Part shown: in pieces, positions 16,124 through 24,482 of the stretch
Numbering within the stretch: the stretch's first letter is position 1
Layout: each line of letters starts with the position of its first letter
IMG/VR virus record: IMGVR_UViG_3300006217_000225
From: a virus
Length of the DNA: 36,682 nt
Reading direction: 5' to 3' (one strand)
Position numbers and translations under genes: made by a program
Notes under the pieces: model-generated
The model's input: the letters and a program-made list of their open reading frames with translations, nothing else
Told to the model about the DNA's origin: nothing
Database searches by the model: none

Positions 16124-16398
16124 CACGCGCCCCCGACCGCTTTGAGCAGCGTATTGTGTGCCGCGTTATCGACCCGTGCGGCGGTATTGTCGTGCGTGGA
16201 CACCAGTGCGATGGAACCCACGGACGAATTAATCGGCGAAGCGACCGAGTAGACCGGTTTTCCGGCCCTGATTGTCGTCGACGCCATGCTGTTCGCCCGT
16301 GCCGCGACCTGTTCGGCCGCCTGTTCGACCGCGCGGCGTGTGCCCGCGTCACGGCGGAACTGCGTGAACCCCTGCAGGTTGAGTTTGACACGACTCAT
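16123..16398 (-). CDS. Head-tail connector/neck protein (91 aa)
   Basis: Position within the connector cluster. No specific motif recognised. Confidence 0.5.
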   Translation of the reverse strand: MSRVKLNLQGFTQFRRDAGTRRAVEQAAEQVAARANSMASTTIRAGKPVYSVASPINSSVGSIALVSTHDNTAARVDNAAHNTLLKAVGGA

Positions 16399-16401
16399 AT
16401 G

Positions 16402-16743
16402 TCAGCCCCTTTCGTCATGCAATTGCACGGTGAGATTCCACCGTGTGGGTGTGATACCGCCCGTGTAGGGAAGCGGGTCGCCGACGACCGTGTATAGCGT
16501 GCCGTCGGCGAGCCGGATGCGGCAGCCGCGCAGACTGTGGTATGGCCATGTGCGCGGCAGGTGTATGGTGCGGTCGATGCTCACACCGTAGGCGTGGGGC
16601 GCATTCGTCTCGTTCACCTGCGCGCCGTCCTGCACGAGCACATCGTCCACGGTCTCCTCACGCTGCATCCACACCGGGTCGCCACCGGGGTCGGTGCCGG
16701 ATTGGATGGGCGTGAGGATTGTGATGGAGTGTCCGGTCAGCAT
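16402..16743 (-). CDS. Head-tail adaptor / head closure protein
   Basis: 113 aa in the connector cluster. Size and position are typical of SPP1 gp16 / HK97 gp9-like adaptors. Confidence 0.55.
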   Translation of the reverse strand: MLTGHSITILTPIQSGTDPGGDPVWMQREETVDDVLVQDGAQVNETNAPHAYGVSIDRTIHLPRTWPYHSLRGCRIRLADGTLYTVVGDPLPYTGGITPTRWNLTVQLHDERG

Positions 16744-16744
16744 G

Positions 16745-17200
16745 TCAGGTCACCGTTCCCACCGTTGGGTCGTACGCCCATGCGACGCCATCGCCGCCGA
16801 GCGACTCCTTCTCCGAACGCGTCAGATACAGGTCGCCGTCCGGGTTGCTGTAGCTGAACGATTCGGAATAGGAGCCGGCGGTCTGGGAATGTTGGGTGAC
16901 GCCGGCGATGTCGTCGGAGGCGAGCATGGCCCGTTTGACGATGGCGCACGCCACACGTTGCAACGTGAGCGGTGTGGCACGTGCCCAGTTCGGGCAGGAC
17001 GTGCGGATCAGGTCGCTCGCATCGGCGAGCAGCCGCTCCGCCCGCGTGCGTTCCTCACTGGTGAGCGCATGCCAACGCGCCTCCAGATCCGCCACGGTGG
17101 CGAACGGGCCGCAGTCGGGTGTGCTCGCATCCGGCGTCGGTGCCACCGCACGCATTCCCATGGACAGGGGCACCTGTGCCTGCGGGTATCCGTCCGTCAT
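16745..17200 (-). CDS. Head-tail connector (gp6/gp15-like DNA-packaging connector)
   Basis: First gene after the capsid gene. The motif ATVADLEARWHALTSEERTRAERLLADASDLIR resembles the N-terminal signature of this family. Confidence 0.6.
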   Translation of the reverse strand: MTDGYPQAQVPLSMGMRAVAPTPDASTPDCGPFATVADLEARWHALTSEERTRAERLLADASDLIRTSCPNWARATPLTLQRVACAIVKRAMLASDDIAGVTQHSQTAGSYSESFSYSNPDGDLYLTRSEKESLGGDGVAWAYDPTVGTVT

Positions 17201-17202
17201 GG

Positions 17203-18111
17203 CTACTTGCCGGCGGCCTTGGCGGCGGGCGCGGTCTTGAGCACGGCGATGCCCTTGGGGTCGAGGATCGCGTACGAGTAGATCGCTTCGGTACGGTAGG
17301 CGATCTGGTTGTAGCCCTTGAGGTCCTTGCCACTGCCGTCGGGATCGCCGTATTCGATGATCTCGCTCCAGATGTCACGCACCATGCCCCATTTGATGAG
17401 GCTGAAATCGCCGAGGAACGCGAGCACGTTGGTCGGGGTGTCGGTGATGAGACGGCCGTTGACGGTTCCGGATGTCGACGCCGGGATGCCATCGAGGCTG
17501 CCCACCTTCAGGTTGAGCGGAATCTCGGGGTAGAGACGCTGCATCGTGTCCTTGATGCGGATGCGACGCAGTTCGTTCGTCATCGTCTTGCTCATCGCGA
17601 TGCCGTTGATGTCATACTCGTCGTTAACGGCCTCGGCCAACGCGTCGATGTCGGCCACACGGTCGGTGGTCGCGGTGACCTGCGCCGCCGTGTCGGACAG
17701 CTTCGTGAACCCGGCGAGCGTCGTCTTCTTCTTCGGGTCGAACGCGTGGTAGACCACGTAGTCGAGCACACGGCCCAACGCCGCCGCCTGGTCGGCCTGG
17801 ATCTTGCTGATGATCTCAAGGCGCGCATCGTCGTCGGCGAAACGCAGTTCGTCGGTGACTCGTGTCGTGGTCTGCACCTTGAAGCGCTTGCCGACGACCG
17901 GGCTGAGTGTCTCCTCGTACGAGGACTTCTGCTCGCCTTCGGCGATGACCTCGGCCTCCGCGTTGCCGGAGAACACCATGTAATCCTTGTCGAGGAACAA
18001 CTGCGGTTCGCTCGGGCTGAGCGCCGCGATGGTCGACGTGTCCTTCGCCTTCTTCGTGATGACGGTCGCCACTTCCTTCGGAAGCAGCACCTTGTCGGTC
18101 TGCAATGCCAT
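17203..18111 (-). CDS. Major capsid protein (HK97-fold type)
   Basis: 302 aa after the scaffold gene. AGGAG RBS. Typical size and position. Confidence 0.8.
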   Translation of the reverse strand: MALQTDKVLLPKEVATVITKKAKDTSTIAALSPSEPQLFLDKDYMVFSGNAEAEVIAEGEQKSSYEETLSPVVGKRFKVQTTTRVTDELRFADDDARLEIISKIQADQAAALGRVLDYVVYHAFDPKKKTTLAGFTKLSDTAAQVTATTDRVADIDALAEAVNDEYDINGIAMSKTMTNELRRIRIKDTMQRLYPEIPLNLKVGSLDGIPASTSGTVNGRLITDTPTNVLAFLGDFSLIKWGMVRDIWSEIIEYGDPDGSGKDLKGYNQIAYRTEAIYSYAILDPKGIAVLKTAPAAKAAGK

Positions 18112-18144
18112 ATGGGGCTCCTAACTTGTGATGGTTGAGATGGT

Positions 18145-18630
18145 TTACTTGTCTTCGCCGAACAGTCGCGACACCCACGCCTTGGCCTCTTCGTCGGCGG
18201 TCCTGCCGGAAGGCTGCTTGGCCGGGTCGCTGACATGGGGCAGTTTCGGGTTCGGGTGCAGCAACGGTTCGAGGGACGCGGCATGCGCCTCGATCTCCTC
18301 CAGACTCGTGCCGCGTAGCACATCGGCCGGCACCCCGGTCTTCTTCGCGACCTGCGCACGCCATTGCTCCTGCTGTTGTGCGGCCTTGTATCCGGCGTTC
18401 TCCTGCTCGAGCTCGGCGATACGCTTGGCGGTCTTCTCCGCGTCGCTCATCTGCGCTTCCTTGAGCTTCTTGAGCTCCTCGGAATCAGCGAAGCTGGCCT
18501 TGGCGCGGTCCTCCCATTTGCGTGACTGGGCGACCGCCTCCCTGTATTTCGCCTCCCAGTCCGTGGGGTCGTCCTGCGTGCCCTGCGGCTCGTCGACGTT
18601 CTCGTTCTGGGGTCCTGTGTCGTCTGCCAT
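18145..18630 (-). CDS. Capsid scaffolding protein
   Basis: 161 aa, highly charged and helical (EELKKLKEAQMSDAEKTAKRIAELEQENAGYKAAQQQEQW). Lies immediately upstream of the capsid gene. Confidence 0.75.
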   Translation of the reverse strand: MADDTGPQNENVDEPQGTQDDPTDWEAKYREAVAQSRKWEDRAKASFADSEELKKLKEAQMSDAEKTAKRIAELEQENAGYKAAQQQEQWRAQVAKKTGVPADVLRGTSLEEIEAHAASLEPLLHPNPKLPHVSDPAKQPSGRTADEEAKAWVSRLFGEDK

Positions 18631-18665
18631 GTCGGCTCCTGTTCTCTTGGGCCCATGCGGGCATG

Positions 18666-18691
18666 AAAAAAGCCCGCCATGCGACGGGCTT
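18666..18691 (-). terminator. Intrinsic terminator (second of a tandem pair)
   Basis: The minus strand reads AAGCCCG-tcgcatgg-CGGGCTT followed by TTTTT. Confidence 0.75.
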
Positions 18692-18694
18692 CAG

Positions 18695-18735
18695 TGGACT
18701 GCACCGGAATCGAACCGGCATCGACCTTCCAGTCC
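18695..18735 (-). ncRNA. tRNA-like acceptor-stem + T-arm minihelix (no D or anticodon arm)
   Basis: The minus strand reads GGACTG-gaaggtcgat-GCCGG-TTCGATT-CCGGT-g-CAGTCC-A. This gives a 6-bp acceptor-like stem, a canonical T stem-loop and discriminator A. The two soluble arms of a tRNA are replaced by a linker of about 9 nt. Confidence 0.45.
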
Positions 18736-18740
18736 TATGC

Positions 18741-18766
18741 AAAAGGCCTCCGATTACGGAGGCCTT
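18741..18766 (-). terminator. Intrinsic terminator after the 83-aa ORF (first of the tandem pair)
   Basis: The minus strand reads AAGGCCTCC-gtaatc-GGAGGCCTT followed by TT. Confidence 0.7.
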
Positions 18767-18774
18767 GCGTTGTC

Positions 18775-19026
18775 TCATTGATTCGCGAGTGGATACTCGT
18801 CTTTTGATCTCCCATAGAAGATGCACCAGCAGAGCCATCGGTACAGCTCTTCATCAGAGACATCGATGGAGGTGTCCTCGATATTGAGAAACGGTTCATG
18901 AAACTTGCTGTGGTACACTATCGACGCGTTTCCGATGGCATTTTGTAACGTATTCCCGTCACGGCCATCGGCGAGAAACTGTTCAAAACTATCAGTGCGA
19001 GCAGCGTCAAGTCCAGAGTTTTTCAT
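18775..19026 (-). CDS. 83-aa AT-richer ORF translationally coupled to the MuF-zincin gene; candidate immunity/partner protein
   Basis: ATGA start/stop overlap at 19023-19026. G+C is 51/100 at 18781-18880. No motif recognised. Confidence 0.6.
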   Translation of the reverse strand: MKNSGLDAARTDSFEQFLADGRDGNTLQNAIGNASIVYHSKFHEPFLNIEDTSIDVSDEELYRWLCWCIFYGRSKDEYPLANQ

Positions 19027-20534
19027 GCCAGCATCTCCTTAACCATGGTATTGAATATTGTAACCGATTGCGGGAAGTACTGCTCTATCAGCTCATACGC
19101 CTTTGGATTCGCGAGCTGGGCGTCCATGATTTCCGCCCATGGTTCGGCGCAAGCGTGCATGAAATCGGAAAAATACTTCTTGGGATGACCGACCAATCCA
19201 GGATAGTCGTCACCCAACGCCACTTGCAGCATATCCTCGACATTCCGGTCAGTTTTCGCTGCAATCCCATTGATACGTATGGCTATATTCCGCATCGCAT
19301 CATCGTCATCAATTTCATTGCTGTTTTTCTCCCGTTCCAGAAGGCGACGTCCTTCGTTGCGGATTGATGTGCCGAACATCTGTTGGTACGAGTAGGGCAC
19401 GGCACCGCCAAGCAGCTGGTCGAGCATATGGGCGGTCTCATGGAACAGGTTCTGATATGGGCGGTGAGCGTCGTCGCCGGTGTAGATCTTCTCTAGGTCG
19501 AGGAAGATGCCTCCTTGCACTGGGGAGAAGTGCGGAGTTCCACCGAAGTTCCTGTCAAGAATCAGGTAATCCTTCGCGTACCGTGCCCATAGGCGTGCGG
19601 TGTCCGGGTGTTTTGACGCGTTGAGCATCATGTCGACGCGTAGCGCATGCTTCCTCCCTAACGTCTTGTACAGGTCACTTCCACGCGGTATGCGCAGTTC
19701 GGGATCCAGCGTGGACCCATCGGTGAGGTCGTGCGTGAACTGTTCGCGCATCCATGTTAGTACGTTCCGTGATGCTGTGCTTTCGTCGGCATCGTCGGCC
19801 ATGCGTTTCGCCGATTCGTACAGTTCCTTGTATTTGTCCGGGTCATATCCTGCGAGGGTCTGTTTGCCCCAGCTGGGGACCACACGGCAATGGCAGTCGT
19901 CATGGTATTTGTTGCCCTCGCCGCCGGCTGCCTCCTCACTGGTGTACGCGAAGCCTCGGGAAGCGAGCATGGTGCAGAACGCGCACGACTTGCCTTGTGG
20001 CACGCGCGCCCAGCTGGGCTTCGTGGGGTCACGGCGGATGCTGCGCTGTATCTGTGCGCGCAATGCGGCGGAGATCACGTCGCCGACGAACTGCTGTGCG
20101 TCGTCCACGTTGTCCATGCTTGGCCATAAATCGTCCATCGTCACGCCGAACTTGTTGCTTCCGCTCTGCACATCACGGAATTTCAGGCCGGGGTAATCGG
20201 TGTTCGCGACTCCGTGCACCGTCTGCCACAACACGCGGTCGAAATCCACCAGCCCATCGTCAGCGAACTGGGGGAACTCCGTGTCGGAGTATTCGCCCCA
20301 TGCCTGGCGCAGCAGATGGTGGTAATCCTTGGCGAGCTGGCTGGCGTCGGCCACGTATTCGCGCACGATCTCCTTGAGTGCCATATCGTGGCGGTTGATG
20401 GCGGTCTCGATCTCGTCGGTGGCCGCGTCGGTCAGGTTCTCGATGCTGTCCTGGTATTTTTTGTACGCCGCGTCGAGGATTCGCTGGAATTCATCGGCGT
20501 CGTCGGTGGGGACGGTCAGGTTGTTCAATGCCAT
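19023..20534 (-). CDS. MuF/SPP1 gp7-like head morphogenesis (minor capsid) protein fused to a C-terminal HExxH zincin-like domain
   Basis: Directly follows the portal gene. Cys/His cluster ARVPQGKSCAFC...HDDCHC (nt 19887-19985). Extra C-terminal domain (aa about 255-503) with FHETAHMLD (HExxH at 19428-19442). Confidence 0.7.
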   Translation of the reverse strand: MALNNLTVPTDDADEFQRILDAAYKKYQDSIENLTDAATDEIETAINRHDMALKEIVREYVADASQLAKDYHHLLRQAWGEYSDTEFPQFADDGLVDFDRVLWQTVHGVANTDYPGLKFRDVQSGSNKFGVTMDDLWPSMDNVDDAQQFVGDVISAALRAQIQRSIRRDPTKPSWARVPQGKSCAFCTMLASRGFAYTSEEAAGGEGNKYHDDCHCRVVPSWGKQTLAGYDPDKYKELYESAKRMADDADESTASRNVLTWMREQFTHDLTDGSTLDPELRIPRGSDLYKTLGRKHALRVDMMLNASKHPDTARLWARYAKDYLILDRNFGGTPHFSPVQGGIFLDLEKIYTGDDAHRPYQNLFHETAHMLDQLLGGAVPYSYQQMFGTSIRNEGRRLLEREKNSNEIDDDDAMRNIAIRINGIAAKTDRNVEDMLQVALGDDYPGLVGHPKKYFSDFMHACAEPWAEIMDAQLANPKAYELIEQYFPQSVTIFNTMVKEMLA

Positions 20535-20553
20535 GGCCGCCCCCTAAACGCTG

Positions 20554-22014
20554 TTATGGTTCGTTGGTTCCGCCACCGTGGTCGGTAGCGTCCTGTGGTG
20601 GTTCCTTTTGCGCATTGGTCTGCGCGCGCAGCTGGTCGAGTTGCTGTTTGGCGCGTTCGGATTGTTCCCAGGCGCGTTGCTCGCGGATCTCCTGCCAGCT
20701 CAGTCCGGCTTTGGACAGGCCCACGTCGGAGTTCGCGAAGCTTGGGTTGACTCCGGCGACCTTCGCGTAGTAATCGGCGCGTGCCGCGTCGCTGGTCTCC
20801 TTGGTCGGTGCCCACACCGGCCTGATGCGGTTGATGTCCTCGTCGGACGCGCCTTCCGCTATGAGTGCCATGCCGAGCGCGTCACGCAGCGCACGCCCGA
20901 AACGTAGGTTCTGCCGGTCGGCGGTGCGGCTGAGTTTGCGTTCTGCTTCTGCCATTGCCTCGGCCGAACCGGGGTTGTCCACCGTGATGCCCAGGTCGGT
21001 TGCGGGGATATCTGTCTCGGCGGCGACCATGAGTGCCACGGAGCGCAGCATGTCGGCGTGCGGCTGCATGCTTGCCTGCGACAATTGGCGCATCTCGGGC
21101 TTGTCGCCGTTCTTGCTGGCCGGCACACCGTTGATGACCTGCAGCAGCGAGCTCCACGTGTCGGGCGACACCTGTCCTTTGTTCGCGCCGAGGAACCAGA
21201 TGCGTGGCGCGGCGTAGAACTCGGCCGTTGCCTCCATGCGCACCAGGGTGCGCAACCCGAAATCGGTGAGCGCCATGAGCGGGCGTGTGATGCGGCTGGA
21301 ACCGAACGGGCGGTTGAGCTGCTCGTCATGGACGAACGGCACCACGGTGGGCCGGTCGAACCCGGTCTCCACCGGTTCGGCCACCCAACGGCCGAGGTAC
21401 GGGCCGGAATCACGGTGGCAATCCCACACTACATATGGCAGCCAGACACGGAACGCGGTGATGTAGCCGTGCTTGTCCTTGTCGGTGATTGTCAACGCGG
21501 CCTTGATGCGGTTATGCGTCCAATCCCATATGGCGGCCGACCAGTCCGCCGAGCGTGGTGTGATCAGCGTGCGCCCCTCATCGTCCAAGGACACTGTCAG
21601 GAACGCGCACCCATGCGTGTACGCCGACACGACGCACTGCGGCACCTTCACGTCCAGCATGCTCACATCACACAGGTCGTCTACGCGTGACTGCAACGAT
21701 TCTGGCGCATTGAATCCCTCGAACGTGGACAGGTCGGCGAGCGCGCGAACGGCCTTGTTCGGCCAGCCGATCATCGGTTTGGCCATGGCGCGCATGCTGG
21801 CGGGGATGGAGTAGGCGACGCCCTTGTACCCGTAGTGGGCCAGATAGTAGCCGGTGCGTAGCGTGTTGCGTGGGTAGTGTTTGCGCCATATGTTGAGTAA
21901 TTGCAGTGTGGTGGCCTGGCTGTCCGCGTCCATGCCTTGGATGGAGCCGATATGGGCGCTTTCCACGGCGAGGTAGCCGTTGTCCTGCGTGGTGAGGCCG
22001 GTGTCTAGTACCAT
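20554..22014 (-). CDS. Portal protein (SPP1 gp6-like)
   Basis: 486 aa from the ATG at 22014 (GGAGG RBS; overlaps the TerL end by 10 nt). The 128-aa Arg/His-rich upstream extension in the ORF track was discarded. Confidence 0.85.
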   Translation of the reverse strand: MVLDTGLTTQDNGYLAVESAHIGSIQGMDADSQATTLQLLNIWRKHYPRNTLRTGYYLAHYGYKGVAYSIPASMRAMAKPMIGWPNKAVRALADLSTFEGFNAPESLQSRVDDLCDVSMLDVKVPQCVVSAYTHGCAFLTVSLDDEGRTLITPRSADWSAAIWDWTHNRIKAALTITDKDKHGYITAFRVWLPYVVWDCHRDSGPYLGRWVAEPVETGFDRPTVVPFVHDEQLNRPFGSSRITRPLMALTDFGLRTLVRMEATAEFYAAPRIWFLGANKGQVSPDTWSSLLQVINGVPASKNGDKPEMRQLSQASMQPHADMLRSVALMVAAETDIPATDLGITVDNPGSAEAMAEAERKLSRTADRQNLRFGRALRDALGMALIAEGASDEDINRIRPVWAPTKETSDAARADYYAKVAGVNPSFANSDVGLSKAGLSWQEIREQRAWEQSERAKQQLDQLRAQTNAQKEPPQDATDHGGGTNEP

Positions 22015-23462
22015 GCCCCCTCCTCTCTGGTGGGGTCGCGTCTGCTGGTCATCGCGCCGTGCAGTGCGAGCGTGCACGCCACAAGCGGGCTGATGTCGGT
22101 GTCGTCGTCGGGGCGCTGCCAGCCGAACAATCCGTTTTTGCCGATCGCTCGTGAGGTGGCTTTGCGCGCGGCAGTCCATAATGGTTCCTGCCGTCGTTCG
22201 GGCAGGTGGGTGAGTGTGCCGTCGCGCAGCATGTCCTGGAAGCGTCCGCATGCTTTGCCCATGTCGGACGCGTTCGTCACCGTGACCGTGATGCCGGCGT
22301 CCTGCAGTTCCGGCATGAGGCTGACCGCCGGTGACTGCGCGTCCACGACCACGGCGGCTGCCTTGTCCCACACGCCGGCGAGCAGGTTGACGGCCCACAT
22401 GGTGCCGTCATGCCCGGTGTCTCGGTATTCGGCCAGTTCGATGTGCGCGGTGTCATCGTCGTAACGCATGCATGCGCCAATCGTCAACCGGGTGCGTGCC
22501 GGGTTCATGTCCAGTGCGAAGCTCATGACACCGCCGTCGCGACGCCGGTCGACAGTCGCTTCGTCCCATTTGGCTTGGTCGATGACGCTTGTCGTGCCGT
22601 GCTCGTCCCAGATTCCCAAAGCCTCACGGCGGAAATCATCCAAGGTCAGGCCGTCGTACAGTTCCAGGATCGCGTCACGGGTCGTATGCGTCGGATAGCT
22701 CGGGTTCGCCTTCGCCCACTGAGCCTCGTTCAACGGGTCGGCATCACGGTCCGCGCTGAACTCCACGTAGAAGGTCGAATGCGCGCGTCCCGCGCACGCT
22801 TTGGCCCGTTGGCGGGTGAACGCCTCGCCCATGTCATGCGGTCCGGGCGGCGTGCCCATGTAGATCGTCTGCGGATTGTAGGCGCGGTTCTGTGTGGGCA
22901 GCATGCTCGCCTTGGCCGCGTCCGACAGGATCTGCGCCTCATCGACCACGAGCAGCCCGACCTTCTTGAAACCACGCAGCGCGCCACGTTCACGGGCACG
23001 GAAGAAAATGCGGCTGCCGTTACGGAAGCGTATCTCCTCCTTGCCAGCGGCAAGGCTGATGCCATGCTCCGGGTCGACCAGATACCCCATCTCGGGGCGC
23101 AGCACACGTGAGCACATGTCCTCGAACGTGTCATGCAGGACACTGAAATGCTGCGCGGTCCACACAATACGAATGCCAGGAGCGCGGGCGGCCCGGTGGA
23201 TGGCGAGCCACTCGATATCGAACGTCTTGCCCGTCTGGCGTGGAATAGACAGCACACCGTTGCGTGCACACCAGAACCCGTCATCGTCCTTGGCCAGCAG
23301 GATCCGGTTGATCTGCCGCTGCCAGACATCGAACCGGTCACCGGCCACCCCTGCGAGCGCGTTCAGGCTCGGCTCGCCACTCGTCTTCATGCCTTCGGGC
23401 AGGATGCAACGGCTCGCACCGTCAACCAGCATCCCGCTCATCGTCATCTCCGATCGGCTCAT
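22005..23462 (-). CDS. terL: Terminase large subunit
   Basis: Walker A-like IPRQTGKTF. About 480 aa, located upstream of the portal. The true start may be the ATG at 23441, which has GGAG 6 nt upstream. Confidence 0.85.
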   Translation of the reverse strand: MSRSEMTMSGMLVDGASRCILPEGMKTSGEPSLNALAGVAGDRFDVWQRQINRILLAKDDDGFWCARNGVLSIPRQTGKTFDIEWLAIHRAARAPGIRIVWTAQHFSVLHDTFEDMCSRVLRPEMGYLVDPEHGISLAAGKEEIRFRNGSRIFFRARERGALRGFKKVGLLVVDEAQILSDAAKASMLPTQNRAYNPQTIYMGTPPGPHDMGEAFTRQRAKACAGRAHSTFYVEFSADRDADPLNEAQWAKANPSYPTHTTRDAILELYDGLTLDDFRREALGIWDEHGTTSVIDQAKWDEATVDRRRDGGVMSFALDMNPARTRLTIGACMRYDDDTAHIELAEYRDTGHDGTMWAVNLLAGVWDKAAAVVVDAQSPAVSLMPELQDAGITVTVTNASDMGKACGRFQDMLRDGTLTHLPERRQEPLWTAARKATSRAIGKNGLFGWQRPDDDTDISPLVACTLALHGAMTSRRDPTREEGAWY

Positions 23463-23736
23463 CCGCCATGTCCAACGCGTCGGCCACCGGATTGGCCTTC
23501 GACGTGCCCTTGTCGATGCGTTCGATCTCCGCGGCGATGTCCATCAGGCGTTTGGTCAACGACGCCAGGTCACGAGACGCGATCCTGCCGGCATCGAGGT
23601 CGCTGGCGATCCGGTTGCGCATCGCGACCAGCAATCGCCGCCGGTTGCCCGACTTCGCCGCATTGCTGATCGTATGCGTCTTGCGTGCTGCAGTGGTCTT
23701 GCGCCCGGAGGCGGACGCGACGCTTCTCGACGCCAT
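23422..23736 (-). CDS. terS: Terminase small subunit (putative)
   Basis: 104 aa with a basic N-terminus and acidic C-terminus. Strong AAGGAGG RBS. Lies immediately upstream of and overlapping terL. Confidence 0.6.
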   Translation of the reverse strand: MASRSVASASGRKTTAARKTHTISNAAKSGNRRRLLVAMRNRIASDLDAGRIASRDLASLTKRLMDIAAEIERIDKGTSKANPVADALDMADEPIGDDDERDAG

Positions 23737-23854
23737 GAGGGCCTCCTTGGCTCATGTGGAAAACAATCCGGGGGTAAAAGTCGGCTTTGCCCGAGGTCAT
23801 ATGGCCGGTGGGGCCGGGAGGGGGTCCTCCCCTGGGTTGTTGTTTGGTGTTGGG

Positions 23855-24202
23855 TTAGTCGAACCAGTGTGATGGTGCGATTGGTGTTGTGGTGTGGTTG
23901 TGGTCGTGTTGTGGTGCGTTGCCTTGTTGGATGAGTTCGTGTACTTTGCGGCGGGCCCATGTGAGGCTGTGGGTGCTTTTGATGCGGTTGCACCACCAGT
24001 GTGCGGGTTCTTGGTTGTCGTAGGTGAGTGTGCCGCCGTGTTTGAGGGGGATGATCTCGTCGATGACGAAGCTGTATGGGTGTGGTGCTTTGAGTGTGTA
24101 GTCGATGGCTTGCCCGCAGATGGCGCAGGGGAGTGCTTGTGCTTTCCATCGTTGGCGTTGGCGTTGCCGGTTGACGTGTTGGTAGCGGGGGTTGTTGCTC
24201 AT
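23855..24202 (-). CDS. HNH endonuclease (packaging-associated)
   Basis: Motifs CAICG, DEIIPLKHGG and PAHWWCN give the H-N-H pattern with a Cys pair. Located directly upstream of the terminase genes. Confidence 0.8.
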   Translation of the reverse strand: MSNNPRYQHVNRQRQRQRWKAQALPCAICGQAIDYTLKAPHPYSFVIDEIIPLKHGGTLTYDNQEPAHWWCNRIKSTHSLTWARRKVHELIQQGNAPQHDHNHTTTPIAPSHWFD

Positions 24203-24364
24203 GGGGGTCGCCCTGGTGGGTGGTGTGTTGTGGTCTGGTGTTCCGCCTGTGGTTGTGCCGTTTCCTGCTGTGGTCGCGAGGGTGGGCTTGCTGTAGGGGG
24301 AAGGGTGTTGTGAACTGTACCGCCCCTCTGGGGGTGTTTCGATAGGGGGAGGGGTGTGTATTGG

Positions 24365-24406
24365 GAGAGCCCATGGCCTTCGAGAGGGAAGGGGCCATGG
24401 GCTCTC
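24365..24406. promoter_or_regulatory. Perfect 14-bp inverted repeat (stem-loop) in the leader of the late/packaging operon
   Basis: gagagcccatggcc (24365-24378) pairs with ggccatgggctctc (24393-24406) around a 14-nt loop. Confidence 0.7.
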
Positions 24407-24453
24407 ATGTCATGTTGTGTGTCTTCCGTTGGAGACACCGCTGGTAATGCGTA

Positions 24454-24482
24454 AGCATAATACAAGTTTGACTTATGCGCAA
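24454..24482 (-). promoter_or_regulatory. Candidate sigma-70-type promoter for the late operon
   Basis: The minus strand reads TTGCGC-17 nt-TATGCT, in the only AT-rich patch of this intergenic region. This is a sequence match only. Confidence 0.3.

Noticed and set aside
20554-22398. The 614-aa version of the portal ORF.
   Set aside because: The first 128 aa are Arg/His/Gly-rich and overlap terL. An ATG at 22014 with a GGAGG RBS gives a normal 486-aa portal.
23816-23831. The GGGAGG-gggt-CCTCCC hairpin between HNH and terS, considered as a cos site or terminator.
   Set aside because: It has only 6 bp and no U-tract, and such GC hairpins are frequent in this genome. A cos location cannot be called from sequence alone.
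23556-24398. A 280-aa His/Pro/Thr/Arg-rich ORF overlapping the HNH and terS regions.
   Set aside because: It is an alternative frame of the CA-rich strand. It conflicts with the HNH motif-bearing frame and has no RBS.
24199-24465. An 88-aa Pro/Thr/His/Gln-rich ORF ending in an ATGA overlap with the HNH start.
   Set aside because: The composition is low complexity. Codons mostly end in A (CCA, ACA, CAA, GAA), unlike the GC3-rich genes around it. It spans the 14-bp hairpin and the promoter-like patch. It is more likely leader RNA, though a real small protein cannot be fully excluded.
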